Assembly: GCF_009914755.1 (NCBI RefSeq)
Contig: NC_060937.1
Length of the DNA: 64,000 nt
Strand: one strand, 5' to 3'
Origin: the human T2T-CHM13v2.0 reference genome, Homo sapiens
The first letter of the stretch is position 1. Every line of letters begins with the position of its first letter. Below, piece after piece: positions 14,240 through 29,105 of the stretch. A program made the translations under genes and the position numbers. A model generated the notes under the pieces. That model saw nothing but the letters and a program-made list of their open reading frames with translations, had not been told where the DNA came from and did no database searches.

Positions 14240-14700
14240 TGTTAGTTACTTGTTGCCACAAATAATGTTGCATGACAAGTCACCCCAAAATTCAGTGGCT
14301 TAAACAATCATTTATTTAGCTCACAAGTCTGCAGATCAACTATTGAGGCTGCATTGTTCTTGTCTCTGACATATTTTCTTGAGGAATCAACTGACCATCA
14401 GCAGATCCAGATGGCCTTGGCTGGGGCCACTTGGCTAAGCTGCACATATGTGTCATGGCTAGCCCAGTGAGCTAGCCCAATGCATTCTCATTAGCAGTGT
14501 CTGAGTACAAGAGTATGCAAACCTAACCATGCAAGAGGGCAAGCACAAATGCACAGAGGCTTCTCCAGCTTCTGCAGCCGTCTCATTGGCCAAAGCAGCA
14601 TAAATGATCAAGTCCAGAGCTGGAACAGGACAAGATTACAGTGTTACAGAGCAAGAGGTATGGATATAGATAGACCATTAAATAGTGCCGTTAATAACCT
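14240..14700 (-). mobile_element. Old MLT1-type LTR, possibly with MaLR internal remnant to its left
   Basis: caccccaaaattcagtggcttaaacaa...atttatttagctcac and cattggccaaagca motifs. Confidence 0.55.
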
Positions 14701-14744
14701 CTGTATGCCATAGAAATTATTTCTGTGTAAATATAAGAATTTCT

Positions 14745-15102
<358 letters not shown>

Positions 15103-16615
15103 TTAACGGTGTCAGTTTATTTTCCTTTTCCGGCTCTTTCATAAATTTGTTTGAAGTATTTTCAATCCTCCTACATTTCCTGCCAGTATCATCTTTTCAA
15201 AGTAAATTCCATATGTTTATTACCTACAGGGTTGAGTGTCACCTTCTGTTATTTGTCCTAAGTTAGTCATCCTACTGGGGAAAGTGAATAGCTGAAAGAA
15301 ATAGAGGGAGGAGAGGGAAGAACCTGAGGGGTCAAAAATGATTGCCAAACCCAGAGGTATCTGGAGGTCAGTGAAGTTGTGAATGTGTGTAAATGTGGCT
15401 ACATATGTATATGTTTGTACCAGATGTGATATTTACATGAGTGTGTATACAAGAATTTTTATTAGTGTGGGTATGTGTGGATGTGTATACATCTGTGTAT
15501 TAGTGAATGTATATGTGTGTGGTAATGAGTATTCCTTCCCAGTTCATTGAAAATCACTATACGTGACCTGATTAATCAATGAGCCAGTTACATAAGTACT
15601 CACAGAGCAAAGCCCTATGGGAAAAGAAGGAAATATGAAATACGGAGTCAAAAAGGTTGTAAGAACAAAGCAGGAGTTGGGGGTTCTTACACCCCAGCTT
15701 TAACTTCCAAGTTTGAGAAATTCTAAATGGCATTAAGGACCATTTAACTCCTTCTCTCCCCACTTCCTTCCTCCGGTCTGAACATGGGGAGATATGGGAT
15801 AAAAACAACCACGTTGCCTTCCCATAAAGTAATATGAAACAAAGGAGCACAAGATGGATTTTATCCCTTTGATTCTCCCACCAAAGTGTCCCATCTTTAC
15901 TGGAGATAGAGGACCCGGGAGAAGATATCTAGTCCCTTCTCTGTCTCAAGAGTGGGATGATGTTCTATTTCCTCCGAAATACTTTATATTTGAGAAAACA
16001 TACCAGGTATGTCTTTGCCAAGACTCTCTTCCAAGAGGCCTGGTTTGAGTTAGGAGCTTGCCTGTTATTCACTGGTTTCGTGAGTTCTCAGAATCTCTCA
16101 GTGAAGCGTCAGGAATCTGGGGTTCTTTGGAAGTCCTAATTCTAGTTCCACACAGTGCACAAAGCTCTTAAGACAGGTGGGAGATTTTCTGTTATGTTGT
16201 ATGAAAGCATTTGTTGTTCTAGAGAGGAATCAGAAAGTTGATTCCACTTGATGTATTAGTGGTGATCTCTGAGGGGAAACACCTTTCAATTGGGAGGGGA
16301 CGGTGAAGTCATGAGATTGAAAACTTTTGCTTGAAGAATTCTGTAATCCTAGATGACCTAGTACTACTTAGTCAATGGATAAAATTACAGAATTACTCTA
16401 TAAGGGTTAGTATTATCCCATTTCAGGATTAAACCTCAAAGAGATTAAATCATGTGCCCATGATCACTGAATTGGGATGATTCCAGAAGAATGCTCTTGG
16501 GCACCTCACTCTACTGCCTCTATGGCCGGTGATCTATCCCCTCCAGAGCAAATGGCTATGCACTTCATTTACCAGTCCCCCATGGTAGAGCAGCAATACA
16601 AAAATGGGTTGACTA

Positions 16616-16920
<305 letters not shown>

Positions 16921-19493
16921 CTATAGGTTAGCACAGTCTAGATTTCACACTGTCCCCCGCTGTCCACAGTCTAATTGCATACAAGGCTCAGCCTACAAAA
17001 CCTTGTCTTAGATACACATTGAACCAAAGTTCCCTTTATCTCCTCAAGGAACAGACAGTGAGGTGCAAAATCCTACCCTGTTGTTGCTCAGCCTTAGACA
17101 GTGAGAATTAATCTAAGAATTAATAGTACTTCATATTTTAAACTTGATTTACTATGATTGCAAGTCTTAAAAATGATGCATGATATGTTGATTTTGATAT
17201 AATAATGTCTGTTTAATAAAAGACCCACAGTAGGTTTTCATACATTGTCTCCACCTGAAGATAATGTTTGACTTCCCAGACCATACTTGCTATTCTATCT
17301 CAAGAAATACTAGAGAAACAAATCCTCACTTATGCATAAACATATTCAAAGGCAAAAGATTTCTTTATTGATGAGAGCCTCAAATTGACCCATTTTTAGC
17401 CTTTTCTCTGAAAAGAAAAATGTTTTCCAAAATGAGATTGCTACCAGATGTAGTGAATTACATAGCAGTTTCTCAGATATGAAAAGCAGATGAAATGGAA
17501 TATTCTGGTTTCTGATTCAGTCCTATTCTTATCTACACATAGCTCTTCTTAAGTGAACTTGACAGTGTTGTGGGCTGATATTAAGATGGACTACTTTAGT
17601 AAACAAGAAAAAGGGTTTCACTCTGTGCAATAGCAAATGAGCTTTATAATAGAAATTTCTTTGTGCAGGAGAAGATATTACAACTTTCAACACACACTAA
17701 ATATATTTGCTAGGCAAAAAATGCATTTCATTACATGCAGTGCACTTGCTATTGTACGTTAACCACTTTTTTGCCTTGTATTGAAGACGTAATATTTTCT
17801 ACTGTAAAATGTCTGCAATTTATTTTTATGCTTCTGTTTTTCCCATGAAGTAAATAGCCCTGTACTGATAAATGTACGTTATATAAAAGGTGAAATGTGC
17901 AGAGCAAACATCTCAGCTTGTTTGGGTATCTGTACGGTTTCGTGAGCAGGCAAGAGTTAAAATTTTGGACCACAGTAGCTAATTTTATTAATACAAACAG
18001 TCTGTAATTACTAGATTTACTGGAGTCTTTTACTTTGACAGTCTCGGCAACTATAATAGATGTGTATGTTCTCTAAAATAATACTATTGCAGCTACAACT
18101 ATAATTTTTCCTGACAATGTCTCTGCTGGCTTAAAAAAACCATAATTAATACTTTATTTAATCTTTGCATACTGTATACCTAGTTGACCATCATTCAAAA
18201 TGGCAGTAGCCCAGAGCATAGTTTCTTCACAGCTGAATGTATTTGACCCTAATTACTGCTTATTGGAAATATACCAAACAAGTAAAAAGGGAGCTGTAAC
18301 AAAGAATTGAGGCTTTAATTTTGTCTGTGATGAGAGAACTTTGATGGTCACTACTTATTTGTCTGTAAGAGTTGCGGAAGTCTTTGCAGGTTAGAGAATT
18401 ACAATTATCTTGCTAATTTCAGTCTTACACTTGAACATGTTTAATGGACTATTGATGGGGATTATGCTTGTTTTATATTTATTTTATCTTGTATTTAGAA
18501 GCGTATGATTGACTGTCAGTGGTCAGGATAGGCATAGGCTGATAGGGAAAGGGTTTGTTCCCTTTTCTGGGAATGATGTAGTTTAAGTACTATTTTTGTA
18601 GAAACAAATGCCTTCAGTCTGCCTGGCTCTATGTTAGGGGGTGCTTTATGCATGCTGTCTTATTTAGTCATCACCCTATGACATAGGCATTAACGTTCCC
18701 ATATTATAGATCTGGGACTAGCACCTCGGTGTGGTTAAGGGATGTGCCATGGCCACAAGGTCAGTGACTGTTGGGCCGGGCTTGACTCCAGTGCAGCCTG
18801 AGTGCTCGCCTACACAGTAGGAGACATTTCCAAACATTTGAAGCCTGGGAATGAAAGAAAGTCTGCTTGCAAATAGAGGAGGAAATTGGGAGGTGATGGA
18901 ACTAGAGGGACGGTGTTTTAGTGATCTAATATGTAAACACATTCACTATAGCTTGTTTAAAATGCTCATTTTCGGTGCGCTACACAGGACAGTTTCTTCA
19001 GCTACTTATGACGGGCTTATTTAATATGCGTGTGAACCTTTTACCATTTCAATGAAAAATAAGTCAAGCTATAAGATTCTTAGAGATGTGATATCTCTAT
19101 TTTCTCAGTTTATGAGAAGAAACTGAGTATTATGGGAAAAGAGGTCTTATGTTTTGGAGATAAACCACCTATTATTAAGTCCAATAAGTAAACACAGTAG
19201 CCATTTCCTGAAAAGGGCTACAACCCCCCCCAACACACAAAACCCCAAGAACCAACCTCAAAGTAAAATATCCCCGACCCTTACCAAGAAAAAACAACTT
19301 GTTGTGAATCATAATTTGTTGCATGGACATTTGTTTAGTCTCATTTTCTATACAATTACTACCAACATCTTCTATTTTTTTCATTTCATTTTTACCCTCA
19401 ATGAAAATGAACTGTTTATTGAGTTAAAAATAAGCTTCCCTACACTTTCAAATGTTGTTTTTGATGTGGTATTTAAATATTTTCCAACACTGA

Positions 19494-19902
<409 letters not shown>

Positions 19903-20283
19903 TATTATTCAGCCTTAAAAAGAAATGAAATTCTGATACATGCTACAGTATGGATGAACCTTAAAGGTGTTATGCTGAGTGAAAGAAACCAGACACAGAA
20001 GGGCAAATGCTGTTAAGATTCCTCTTACATTAGATACCTAGAATAGGTGCATTCATGGAGATGCAGGGAATAGAAGTTACCAGAGGTTAGAAGGGTAAGA
20101 GGATGAGGAGTTATTGTATAGTGAGTACAGAATTTTGTTGGGGATAATGTAAAAGTTTTGGGTATAAATAGTGATGATTGGTTACATAATATTGTGAATG
20201 CATTTAATGTCACAGAATTGTACACTTATGACTGGCTAAATTGTTAAGTATTTTACCACAATAAAAAAGAAAAATTAAAAAAT
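19903..20283 (+). mobile_element. L1M (L1MB-like) 3' end
   Basis: ttcagccttaaaaagaaatgaaattctgatacatgctaca...ttttaccacaataaaaaa; its 5' part (tacaatggaatatt) lies left of the Alu. Confidence 0.8.
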
Positions 20284-21384
20284 AAGGGTTCTGCCAAGGT
20301 ATTACAATGAAGAGACACAAAGTTCTAGCCTCTAATGCTGGACCTAATACCTGAATAGATTCTGATTCAACAACTTCAGAAAGTTCCTGTGGGCGTTCTT
20401 CTTTCATTAACGTTGATAAATATTTATTTAAAAGTAATGTTATGTCATGTCAGACTCTGAGGGACTAGAGGGATGAGTAAGGGAGGTCTACTGCCTACAG
20501 GAGTGGAAAGACAGCCACATTAAAAAATGATTAAAATCCAGTAAATGGGCTGCAATAGAAATGTAATGAATAGTAGGGGAAGCCCAGGAGAAGGGCTCCT
20601 GAGGGAATCAGGGCCTCGTAGAACAGTTGATAATTGATCTGGGTTTGAAGTTTGAATAGGAATTGGGTTATTTTTTATTTTCTTATTTCAATAATATGCA
20701 GTACATTCTCACTCACATTTCCCACCTTGGAATCTTGGATCTAAGATATTTGCAGTCTTTTCAAATATTTTGTAATATTTTCCCCTTGGGTAAGTATAGG
20801 CAGATTGGTCCCTGGAGGTAGAAAAACATCTTGATCATTCTCTGTCCTACTTTCTAAATATTTGTAAGCAAAACCACTTTGAGAAATAATTCAAAGTAAA
20901 TGAGATGTGTTCAGTCCATCAAAGAGCTTGTAATATAATAGGGCAAGGACAGCTGGGTGGCAAGTGCCTTCAGAAAGTGTGGGATGGCTGTGCAGAGGCA
21001 GGAGGAGCGACTTCTGCTGGGGCATGAAGGCTTATTTCACATTTAAGGTTGGGTAGAACTGTGATAACTAGATGTGAAGAAGATTGTTTCATTCAAATAG
21101 ATGAACAAAAGAAGAAAAGCAAGAAAAAAGATGAATCCTTTTCAGGGAAACAGTGAAAAAGCAAGTTAGAGAGGCCCTTTGGGGCCAGATCACAGGGATC
21201 TCCAAACCTTCAATATTCTGCTTATTCTAAGGAGAGAAAGGCGTGAAGAGTCTTCACCCCTCTACCAATGTGAAAGGATGGTGGAGAATAAAGGAGAATA
21301 AAAAGGGATCCAAAGGCACTGGATGGCATTGGGCTCACAGGTGGATGGAATGGGTCGAACTATTAATAGAAGTATGACCAGTGA

Positions 21385-21560
21385 AAAGGAGAATATGTTT
21401 TGGAGCCAGTTAGCTTTAGGTTCAAATCCTGATTCAAAAGTTACTAACTGCAAAGTTGGACAAATTACTTAAAACTTCTGAGCCTCGTTATCCTTGTGTG
21501 ACAAATGGGGATGATAATATTATCTTCATATAGAGTTATCAGGAGGATTAAAGAGGATGG
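21385..21560 (+). mobile_element. MIR
   Basis: ggttcaaatcctg...ggacaaattacttaa...ctgagcctc...aaatggggatgataata core. Confidence 0.65.
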
Positions 21561-22452
21561 GGTGACAGATATACGTAGTCTCCAGACCACTCTCATAGGC
21601 ACAGATGTTAGTTCCTTCCCCAGGTGATCTCCAAAGTCCCATCTAAACTTGAGAGTCTGTGAAATAATTTAGAGGATTTAAAAAAATCCAAAGATAAATG
21701 ATTCACATAATTGAAGTTAAAATATATAACCAACATATTTCTAGACAAGTAACAGAATTCATTTCAAGTATAAATAAAAAATTTACAGCCAAAACAGATT
21801 TTTCTAGTGCAGCAGCTTATCTCCAGCAATGACTCTAATGTTTTTGGAAGCTGAATTAACCATTTCACTCCCCCAAGTTGCCCCGTAGGGCTCATATCCA
21901 CGTGTTTGGAAATGATATCTTCTTGTCAGATCTAATATGAGGTCCCTCAGCTTTGTGTGAGCACAGAGCTCAGAGTTGGGGGTTTACCCTGTGCAGGATG
22001 TCTTTCTGCTAATGTGACTGCCAGTAATACTTGAAAGTATCAATGCATGTTTGAGGATATCCACCATGCTTTCCATTAGAAATAGCACAGGCTGTGGTAC
22101 CTTCCCCTGTATCCTTACTAGACTTCATGACTTTATAGAACTAGCCACTTTACTGAATTCTTTTTTCCTTGTTGTTTTTCACGTGAACTGCTTAGGTTTT
22201 CTATTTTACAATACTAGCATCATCTGTAAATGATGTCTTCTCCTTTCTGACTGTTGTGTCTTTATTTGTGTCTCTTGATTTGGATATAAATCTGTCAGGA
22301 TGATGGTGGTAGCAGGCATGGACTGATGGTAAGGGAAGGTGTGTAGGGTTTAATATGATATGGACATATAGTTTGAATGCCATAGCACCTGTCATATCTT
22401 TCTTGTTACCAGAATCACATCATATAGAAATTTTTGGGAAAATGCCTTTTTC

Positions 22453-22772
<320 letters not shown>

Positions 22773-23588
22773 GAAAATGTCTTTTTCACACTGAACTCTG
22801 AGCACATTAAGGAGAGGGTCTTTTCTTACTTACCTTTATATTCATAGTGTTAGCCCTGAGCCTGAACAAAACACTTGTGTAGATATTTATGGGAGGTATG
22901 AGTAAATATCTTAATTTATTAGAGATCAGTAAAGGTACTTATCAATAAAGGTATCAATAAAGGACAAAAAGTCCAATAAGAAATTATGAATATCTTTTCA
23001 TAATATCAGAGAACATTAACTGTTTAGCTGTCTTCCTAAAAAATGTTTCAATTACAATTAAGGATGCTTGTCTTTTTTGTGATTCTTATGTAGGATAGCA
23101 GGAAGGGGACAAAATTTTAAGTCATATCCCATTTGTTATTAAAATAAAGAGGGGAAGCCCAAATTCTATCTAAATTGTTGGTCCAAGTGTGGATCCCTTA
23201 ATTTCCTTTCTAATGTGTTTTCCAGTAAACATACAGATACATAAATCCAAGAGTTAATAAGATTAATGGGCTACTTTGTATCTGCCCAGGAGGACACAAA
23301 ACAAGGTAAAATTTATTATTTGTGGATGCTATGTCATACTATTTTTAAAAATCTACTCTAACACTGTATATTAATGCTGTATAATCTCCTTTCTTGGTAA
23401 TTTCCACTCCACAATTTTTATATATTCCTATTTGAAATAATGTTTTATCTCTTAATGTCACTCATTTATTTTATCATTTTTAAACAATAGGATATGAGAT
23501 GGGACTGAATAATGAGAAAAAGATTTCTTAAGGGAGAAATAAAATATATCAAAGAATAATTTGTAAAACCAATATGGTAGAAGTCATA

Positions 23589-23594
23589 TTTATT
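23589..23594 (-). terminator. ENOX1: AATAAA poly(A) signal, probable distal site
   Basis: tttatt on +; other AATAAA at 23649-23654, 23713-23718 and 24240-24245; ATTAAA at 24041-24046. Confidence 0.55.
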
Positions 23595-23953
23595 GAAAAA
23601 AATTAATATCTTTGCTATAAAATTTGTAACAGGAATATTTACTGAATGTTTATTTTGATGCATAAACCTGAATGTTACATACCAAGTACAAGACAATAAC
23701 ACTAGTTTTTCCTTTATTTACACTTTATGAAAACTGTTATGCAGTCCATGTTAAAAGAACTTATGATGGAGAATTGTTACATTAGAAAAATAATATTCTT
23801 GATAAAGCATTCTCAATGTGTCCAATCATATTTTCTGCCTCTTCAATAAGGCAAAAGTCCCTGGAACAGCATATAACTTAATTTACAAAATACAATAACT
23901 GTTTAGACACATATTCAAGTTTTCTTTTGGTATGCTTTTCCCTCACTGTAAAA

Positions 23954-24008
23954 TTTTTTCTTTTTTCTTTTTTTCTTTTTCTTTTTCTTTTTTTTTTTTT
24001 TTTTTTTT
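23954..24008 (-). repeat. Genomic A-rich tract in the 3'UTR
   Basis: T runs broken by single C on +, ending in 21 pure T (23988-24008). Confidence 0.9.
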
Positions 24009-24430
24009 ACTAAAACAGAAAGACTTTCAGGAAAATGTCATTTAATGATTTCAGCTATACATTACATATACAACTCTGTAGCCTAGCAACAATCATTGCT
24101 ACACCATCATTAACTTTAAATATTTTGCTTGGTGAGCTATTCTCAAATGTAGCACATTTTAAGATTTTGCCATCATTATGACTGTGGAATCATTGTTTGG
24201 TTTTCATAGGAAACAGATCTGTCACAGTATGAAGCTTTGTTTATTTTAAGAAACTGGTACACAATTACATTTCCACTTACAAGAGAACGCCACAGATATA
24301 ACTAAAGGCAGGCTTCGATGGCTCCACAAAGGTTGTGTGCTGGACCAACCCCACACCTCCTGCTTCCCCGTCGCACCGCCCTGGCCAGGTTCACATGGTT
24401 TCATTTCCAGAGATGCTTTGCTCTTCGCAG

Positions 24431-24562
24431 TTAGGTAGTTTTAATTCCTTCAAAGGCACACAACTTCCATCTTTTTTCCAGCGTGGCTCCCACACCCGTG
24501 AATTCCTGTTTGAACATGCGTGGCAGCCTCATCAAAAGCATTTCTATTTCATTTGCAGATAT
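24431..24562 (-). CDS. ENOX1: ENOX1 last coding exon (ISANEIEMLLMRLPRMFKQEFTGVGATLEKRWKLCAFEGIKTT*)
   Basis: Acceptor cttcctttctaacag; 132 nt = 43 codons + TAA; recognised ENOX1 C-terminus. Confidence 0.97.
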   Translation of the reverse strand: MSANEIEMLLMRLPRMFKQEFTGVGATLEKRWKLCAFEGIKTT

Positions 24563-25314
24563 CTGTTAGAAAGGAAGGAAAGTCACTTTGGGGAAAGGAA
24601 CTCATCTTAAAGGAGGAATGGATTGGGGAAGGATGAGCTTTCCCAGTGATATGAACAGCATTTAGTTTTCTACTGGGCTGTCAGGGGGATGTCCTTATAG
24701 AAGGAACATTCAGAAGTACTGAATGTGATTATCCCACCTCCCGAGCAGCTGGCGGGGTGGGGCGTGGGTTGGCTGGGCGGAAAGTGCCAAGTTCACCCTT
24801 CATATGGATGGCTACCTTACTGGCAGCACCATTCCTGAACAGCCCTCCCCTGATATAAAAGGAGATGGGGAGGGAATTTAAGAGGGCTCCCAGCAAATCC
24901 ATCACCACTCCTGGAAAGCTACTAGTGGCTTCATCCTCATCTATGAAGGACAGCAATTTTCTTTAATGCTGCCAGGAGCAGAAGACATTCGGGTGGATTT
25001 CTTGCCACCCAAATTTCTTTCTCTTCCTTAATTTTCACATAGACCAGAGACCATAAAGCTTTTGGAATGGAATCTAAACTCCAAAACCTACAACAATACA
25101 AGTCTTGATATCTAGTCATAAAATTCAGGTATATTTTTTAATGCAACTTTTTTCTTCTCCATATTTTTATTTGATGAATTTTTACACCAATAATTCATTT
25201 TAAAGAACAAATCAGCCATAATCCCTCTGCTCTAGCACAGTGATTGCTTTTGTTGTCCTGTGTTAGCATGCCAATCCATGTGTATGCATGTGGATTTTAT
25301 ACAGCAGGGCGGCC

Positions 25315-25378
25315 AATTTGGGGTCTGATATTCTGTTTGAATATCCCCAAAATTTGGGGTCTGATACTCTGTTTGAAT
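25315..25378 (+). repeat. Two-copy tandem duplication, period about 36 bp
   Basis: aatttggggtctgata(t/c)tctgtttgaat twice. Confidence 0.85.
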
Positions 25379-26179
25379 CCTGTATCTTCATTCTCACAAG
25401 TTAAATGACCCTTACAGAGATAATTAGTCTCTTTAAGCCTCAGCAAATGGAAATAACATTTAATAAGGATAGCATGAAAATTACTGGCTTACCACAGATA
25501 TGGGCACATAGAAATGTTCATTGAATCAGAGCTATTACACTTTTTCATGGTGTAATCACTGTAGAGATATCATTTTAGAGTCTACACTTTCCATTTAACA
25601 ATATTAGGATTCATTTAAAAGAGACACCAAATAGACCAAGAAGTCAAATCAACTGTTTATTTAATATTCTCATGGAAAAGACTTCATATGACACATTCAA
25701 TATTCCTGGGCCTATAATACAAAACTTTAGTTAAATAGAGGCAGTTCTGAAAATTGAAATACATTGTATTCTAAAATTTTTGGGAATTGTTTTGAAATCT
25801 GAATGCATTTTCTGATACACACCATATTAGATGGATGGTTAAATTCCCAGGTCAACCGACAAAAGCCTATGAGACAGATTATGTGAAGGTTCATAATAAC
25901 TTTGAGAAGTAAGTTTTCTTTCAGTCACCACCAGTGTTCTCATTTCATTCTCACAGCACTCTGGTGAGATTCGTGAGCAGATATTAAGATGCATCTCCAT
26001 TTTATAGTTCAGAAAACGGTGTGAGCTACAGAGGGTTAAGTGTTTTATCAAAGACACAACTTGGGAAAGAACCCAAGGGTTCTTTCATGGGTTGGGGCCT
26101 GGGCCTTGATTGGTGTGCCTTAAGCACTTCTCATGATTGTCAACAGCCAGGGGTGAACAACCAGGGGTGCTGGGAGGTC

Positions 26180-26330
26180 TTTCTCAGTAGCGGTCACCTG
26201 GAGGCACTTGTTAAAAAAATCAGATCCCCCAGCCAGCCTCTTCTCTGGAGATCCGGATTCAGCTGGTCTTGGGTGTAGCCCACATAATCTATTTTTAACA
26301 ACCATCCCAGATCATTCTTATAGTCAGGCA
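26180..26330 (+). mobile_element. MER5-like hAT remnant
   Basis: tcacctggaggcacttgttaaaa...cagat...atttttaacaa. Confidence 0.5.
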
Positions 26331-26355
26331 TATTTGGGTTAAGAATGGGGACTTA

Positions 26356-26647
26356 GGCCGGGCGTTGTAGCTCATGCCTGTAATCCCAGCATTTGGGGAG
26401 GCCGAGGTGGGTGGATCATGAGGTCAGGAGATCGAGGCCATCTTGGCTAACATGGTAAAACCCTGTCTCTACTAAAAATACAAAAAATTAGCCGGGTGTG
26501 GTGGCGCGTGCCTGTAATCCCAGCTACTCAGGAGGCCAAGAGGCAGAAGAATCGCTTGAACCTGGGAGGCGGAGGTTGCAGTAAGCCGAGATGGCACCAC
26601 CGCACTCCATCCTGGGGGACAGAGAGAGACTCCGTCTCAAAAAAAAA
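26356..26647 (+). mobile_element. AluS (Sc-like)
   Basis: Full dimer; TSD aa(g/a)aatggggactta. Confidence 0.95.
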
Positions 26648-28754
26648 TGGGGACTTAAGCCAGACAAGCTTGGATTTTACTCTGGCTAGGCCTCAAGCTG
26701 TGTGACTTTGGGAAGATTACTTAACATTTGTAATTCTCAGTTTCTTCAGGTGTGTAATAGAAGTCATATCTCTCAGGGTATTGTAAGGATTATATGTAAA
26801 ATGTAACACAGTGCCTGGCACAAGTTCTCTCTCCTTATGTAGACATGTATATGTGTGTGTGTATGGAATATTGATAGAAAATGACACTATTATCTAACCT
26901 TTTGTAGTACGGAGTGGTATGTGGTCAAAACTAGTTTTTCATAGGTCCAGGAGGCAGCTTTTTTTAAGCCTCATGAGACCAAGTTATCTTCTCAAAGAGT
27001 TCCCTTCTTTCTTTTGGAGGAGGACAGCACAGATCATCTATGGTGGGCTCTAGTCTCCAGTCAAATTCAAGTGCCACCCCTGGCATGTCCTTCCCCAGAT
27101 CAAGGAGAGGCCATAGCGGAACACACAGGCCGAGGTGCCTGCCAGCCCACCAGCACCTTGTTTACAGTGTAACCGCCACCTCCCTTGGAAATGTAGGGAA
27201 GAAGGTTTGTGCCATTCGTTAGGGAGGGGAGAAAAAGCTAAGTTTTTGAGGGTAAAATAAATATCTGATTTAAATATAACGTGTAGGAGGCCAGCTGGGG
27301 TCAGAAGGGGCAGTGCCACCCAGCAGCCCTGCAGCTGGCTGTAAAAAGTGTGACAACTTACAATCACCAGGAAACTTTTCCTTGCCAAACTCTTCTGAAA
27401 ACACTATTTAATTCTCACCACACTCTCATAAGATAGGGAATAATTTACCAATAAGAAAACTGAGGCCCTGAGAGACTCAGTAAATCCCACAGGGTAACAC
27501 AGGCAGTAAGTGTGGACCAGACCTCCTGGCTGTGGTGCCTTGTTCTTAACCACCCCTGCCCACCTCCACCAGGGAGAGGACCATGGAGTAAGGACAGGAA
27601 ATAATCCTCTTGGTCACTGCCTCTCTGGCCCTGGGTGGGTGTGGATGCCATGGCAGGCATCTGTGTACAGGAGGGCAGGGCTCCTCTGTGATGAATACTA
27701 TTAGAGTGATAGCAACATCAACAGCAAAAAACTGAAAATTCCCAACTCACCTGGCTCACACACATTCATATTGCTGATGCTCGGGCACCCCCACATTAAC
27801 CATCCATCAAAACGGTAAGCAAATCATGGGAAGTCTTGGCTAGCATGTACTGAAATGTGGCAACATCTTGTTTTCCATGGTGTCTTTTGACCTGAGCCTA
27901 GACTTTAACCACAAAGGAAGCAGGACAAGGCTTGCAGCGGGACAGAGGTAGCTACCATTTACCGAGTCTTCACTGTGGGGCAGGGAAGAGTAAATTCTTC
28001 ACCAGCATTATCTCATCAGAAAGCTCATTAAACAGGCAAGTGCCCCCCTCACTTGCTGGAGTAAAGAAAAGGAGACACAAAAGATTTGGATCACAGTGAT
28101 AGAACAATCAGTAACCTCTTCCAGTTTAGTAGTTAAGTAACCAGTCACTTAACTTCTTTGGGCCTGTCTTCTCATTTCCAAGACAAGGGAATTGGAAAGA
28201 AACACAGGGAATGCCCTGAGGACTTGGTTTGTGTGCTGGCCTCTCCATATCCTAGCTCTAGCCTTAGGACAAGCCATTCAAAATTTATCTGTCAATTAGG
28301 TTGTGGCAAAGATCTTAAAATGAGAGGATGTGATAGGTCTTTTGTGCACCTTAAAGCACAAAACAAATGACGGTCCCCACTTTAGTAGCACTTATTGTGT
28401 GCCAGGTACTGTTCTGGAATGCTTTTCATCTACTAAGTCATTTAATATCAAGGATAACCCCCCAAAAACCACTTTACAGATGGTGGAACTTAGGCACAGA
28501 GATGTTAAATAAGCTGTCCAAGGTCAAACAGCTAAGAAGTGATGAAACTGGGATTTGAAATCCTCGTAATTACTTAATACATACTTCAGATTTTGAGAAC
28601 GCCAGAAATTAGTGTAATGGGAATTAATCTCAAATGTATTAGCTGTAGTTTCTGTTGGTAGTGTAAGATATAACAGCTGGGTTCTGCCACAAAGATGCAA
28701 ATAATATAGAGTTGTGTTATAATTATGGAACAGACCACTTCAAATAAAAATCTA

Positions 28755-29105
<351 letters not shown>

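Larger units (their letters stand above)
23570..24430 (-). other. ENOX1: ENOX1 3'UTR (end approximate)
   Basis: Follows the TAA at 24433-24431; AT-rich and free of interspersed repeats; several minus-strand poly(A) signals. Confidence 0.75.

Noticed and set aside
23954-24562. Processed pseudogene (poly-A tail preceded by ATTAAA and coding sequence)
   Set aside because: The coding part begins at a true splice acceptor and upstream exons are separated by introns; it is the native last ENOX1 exon
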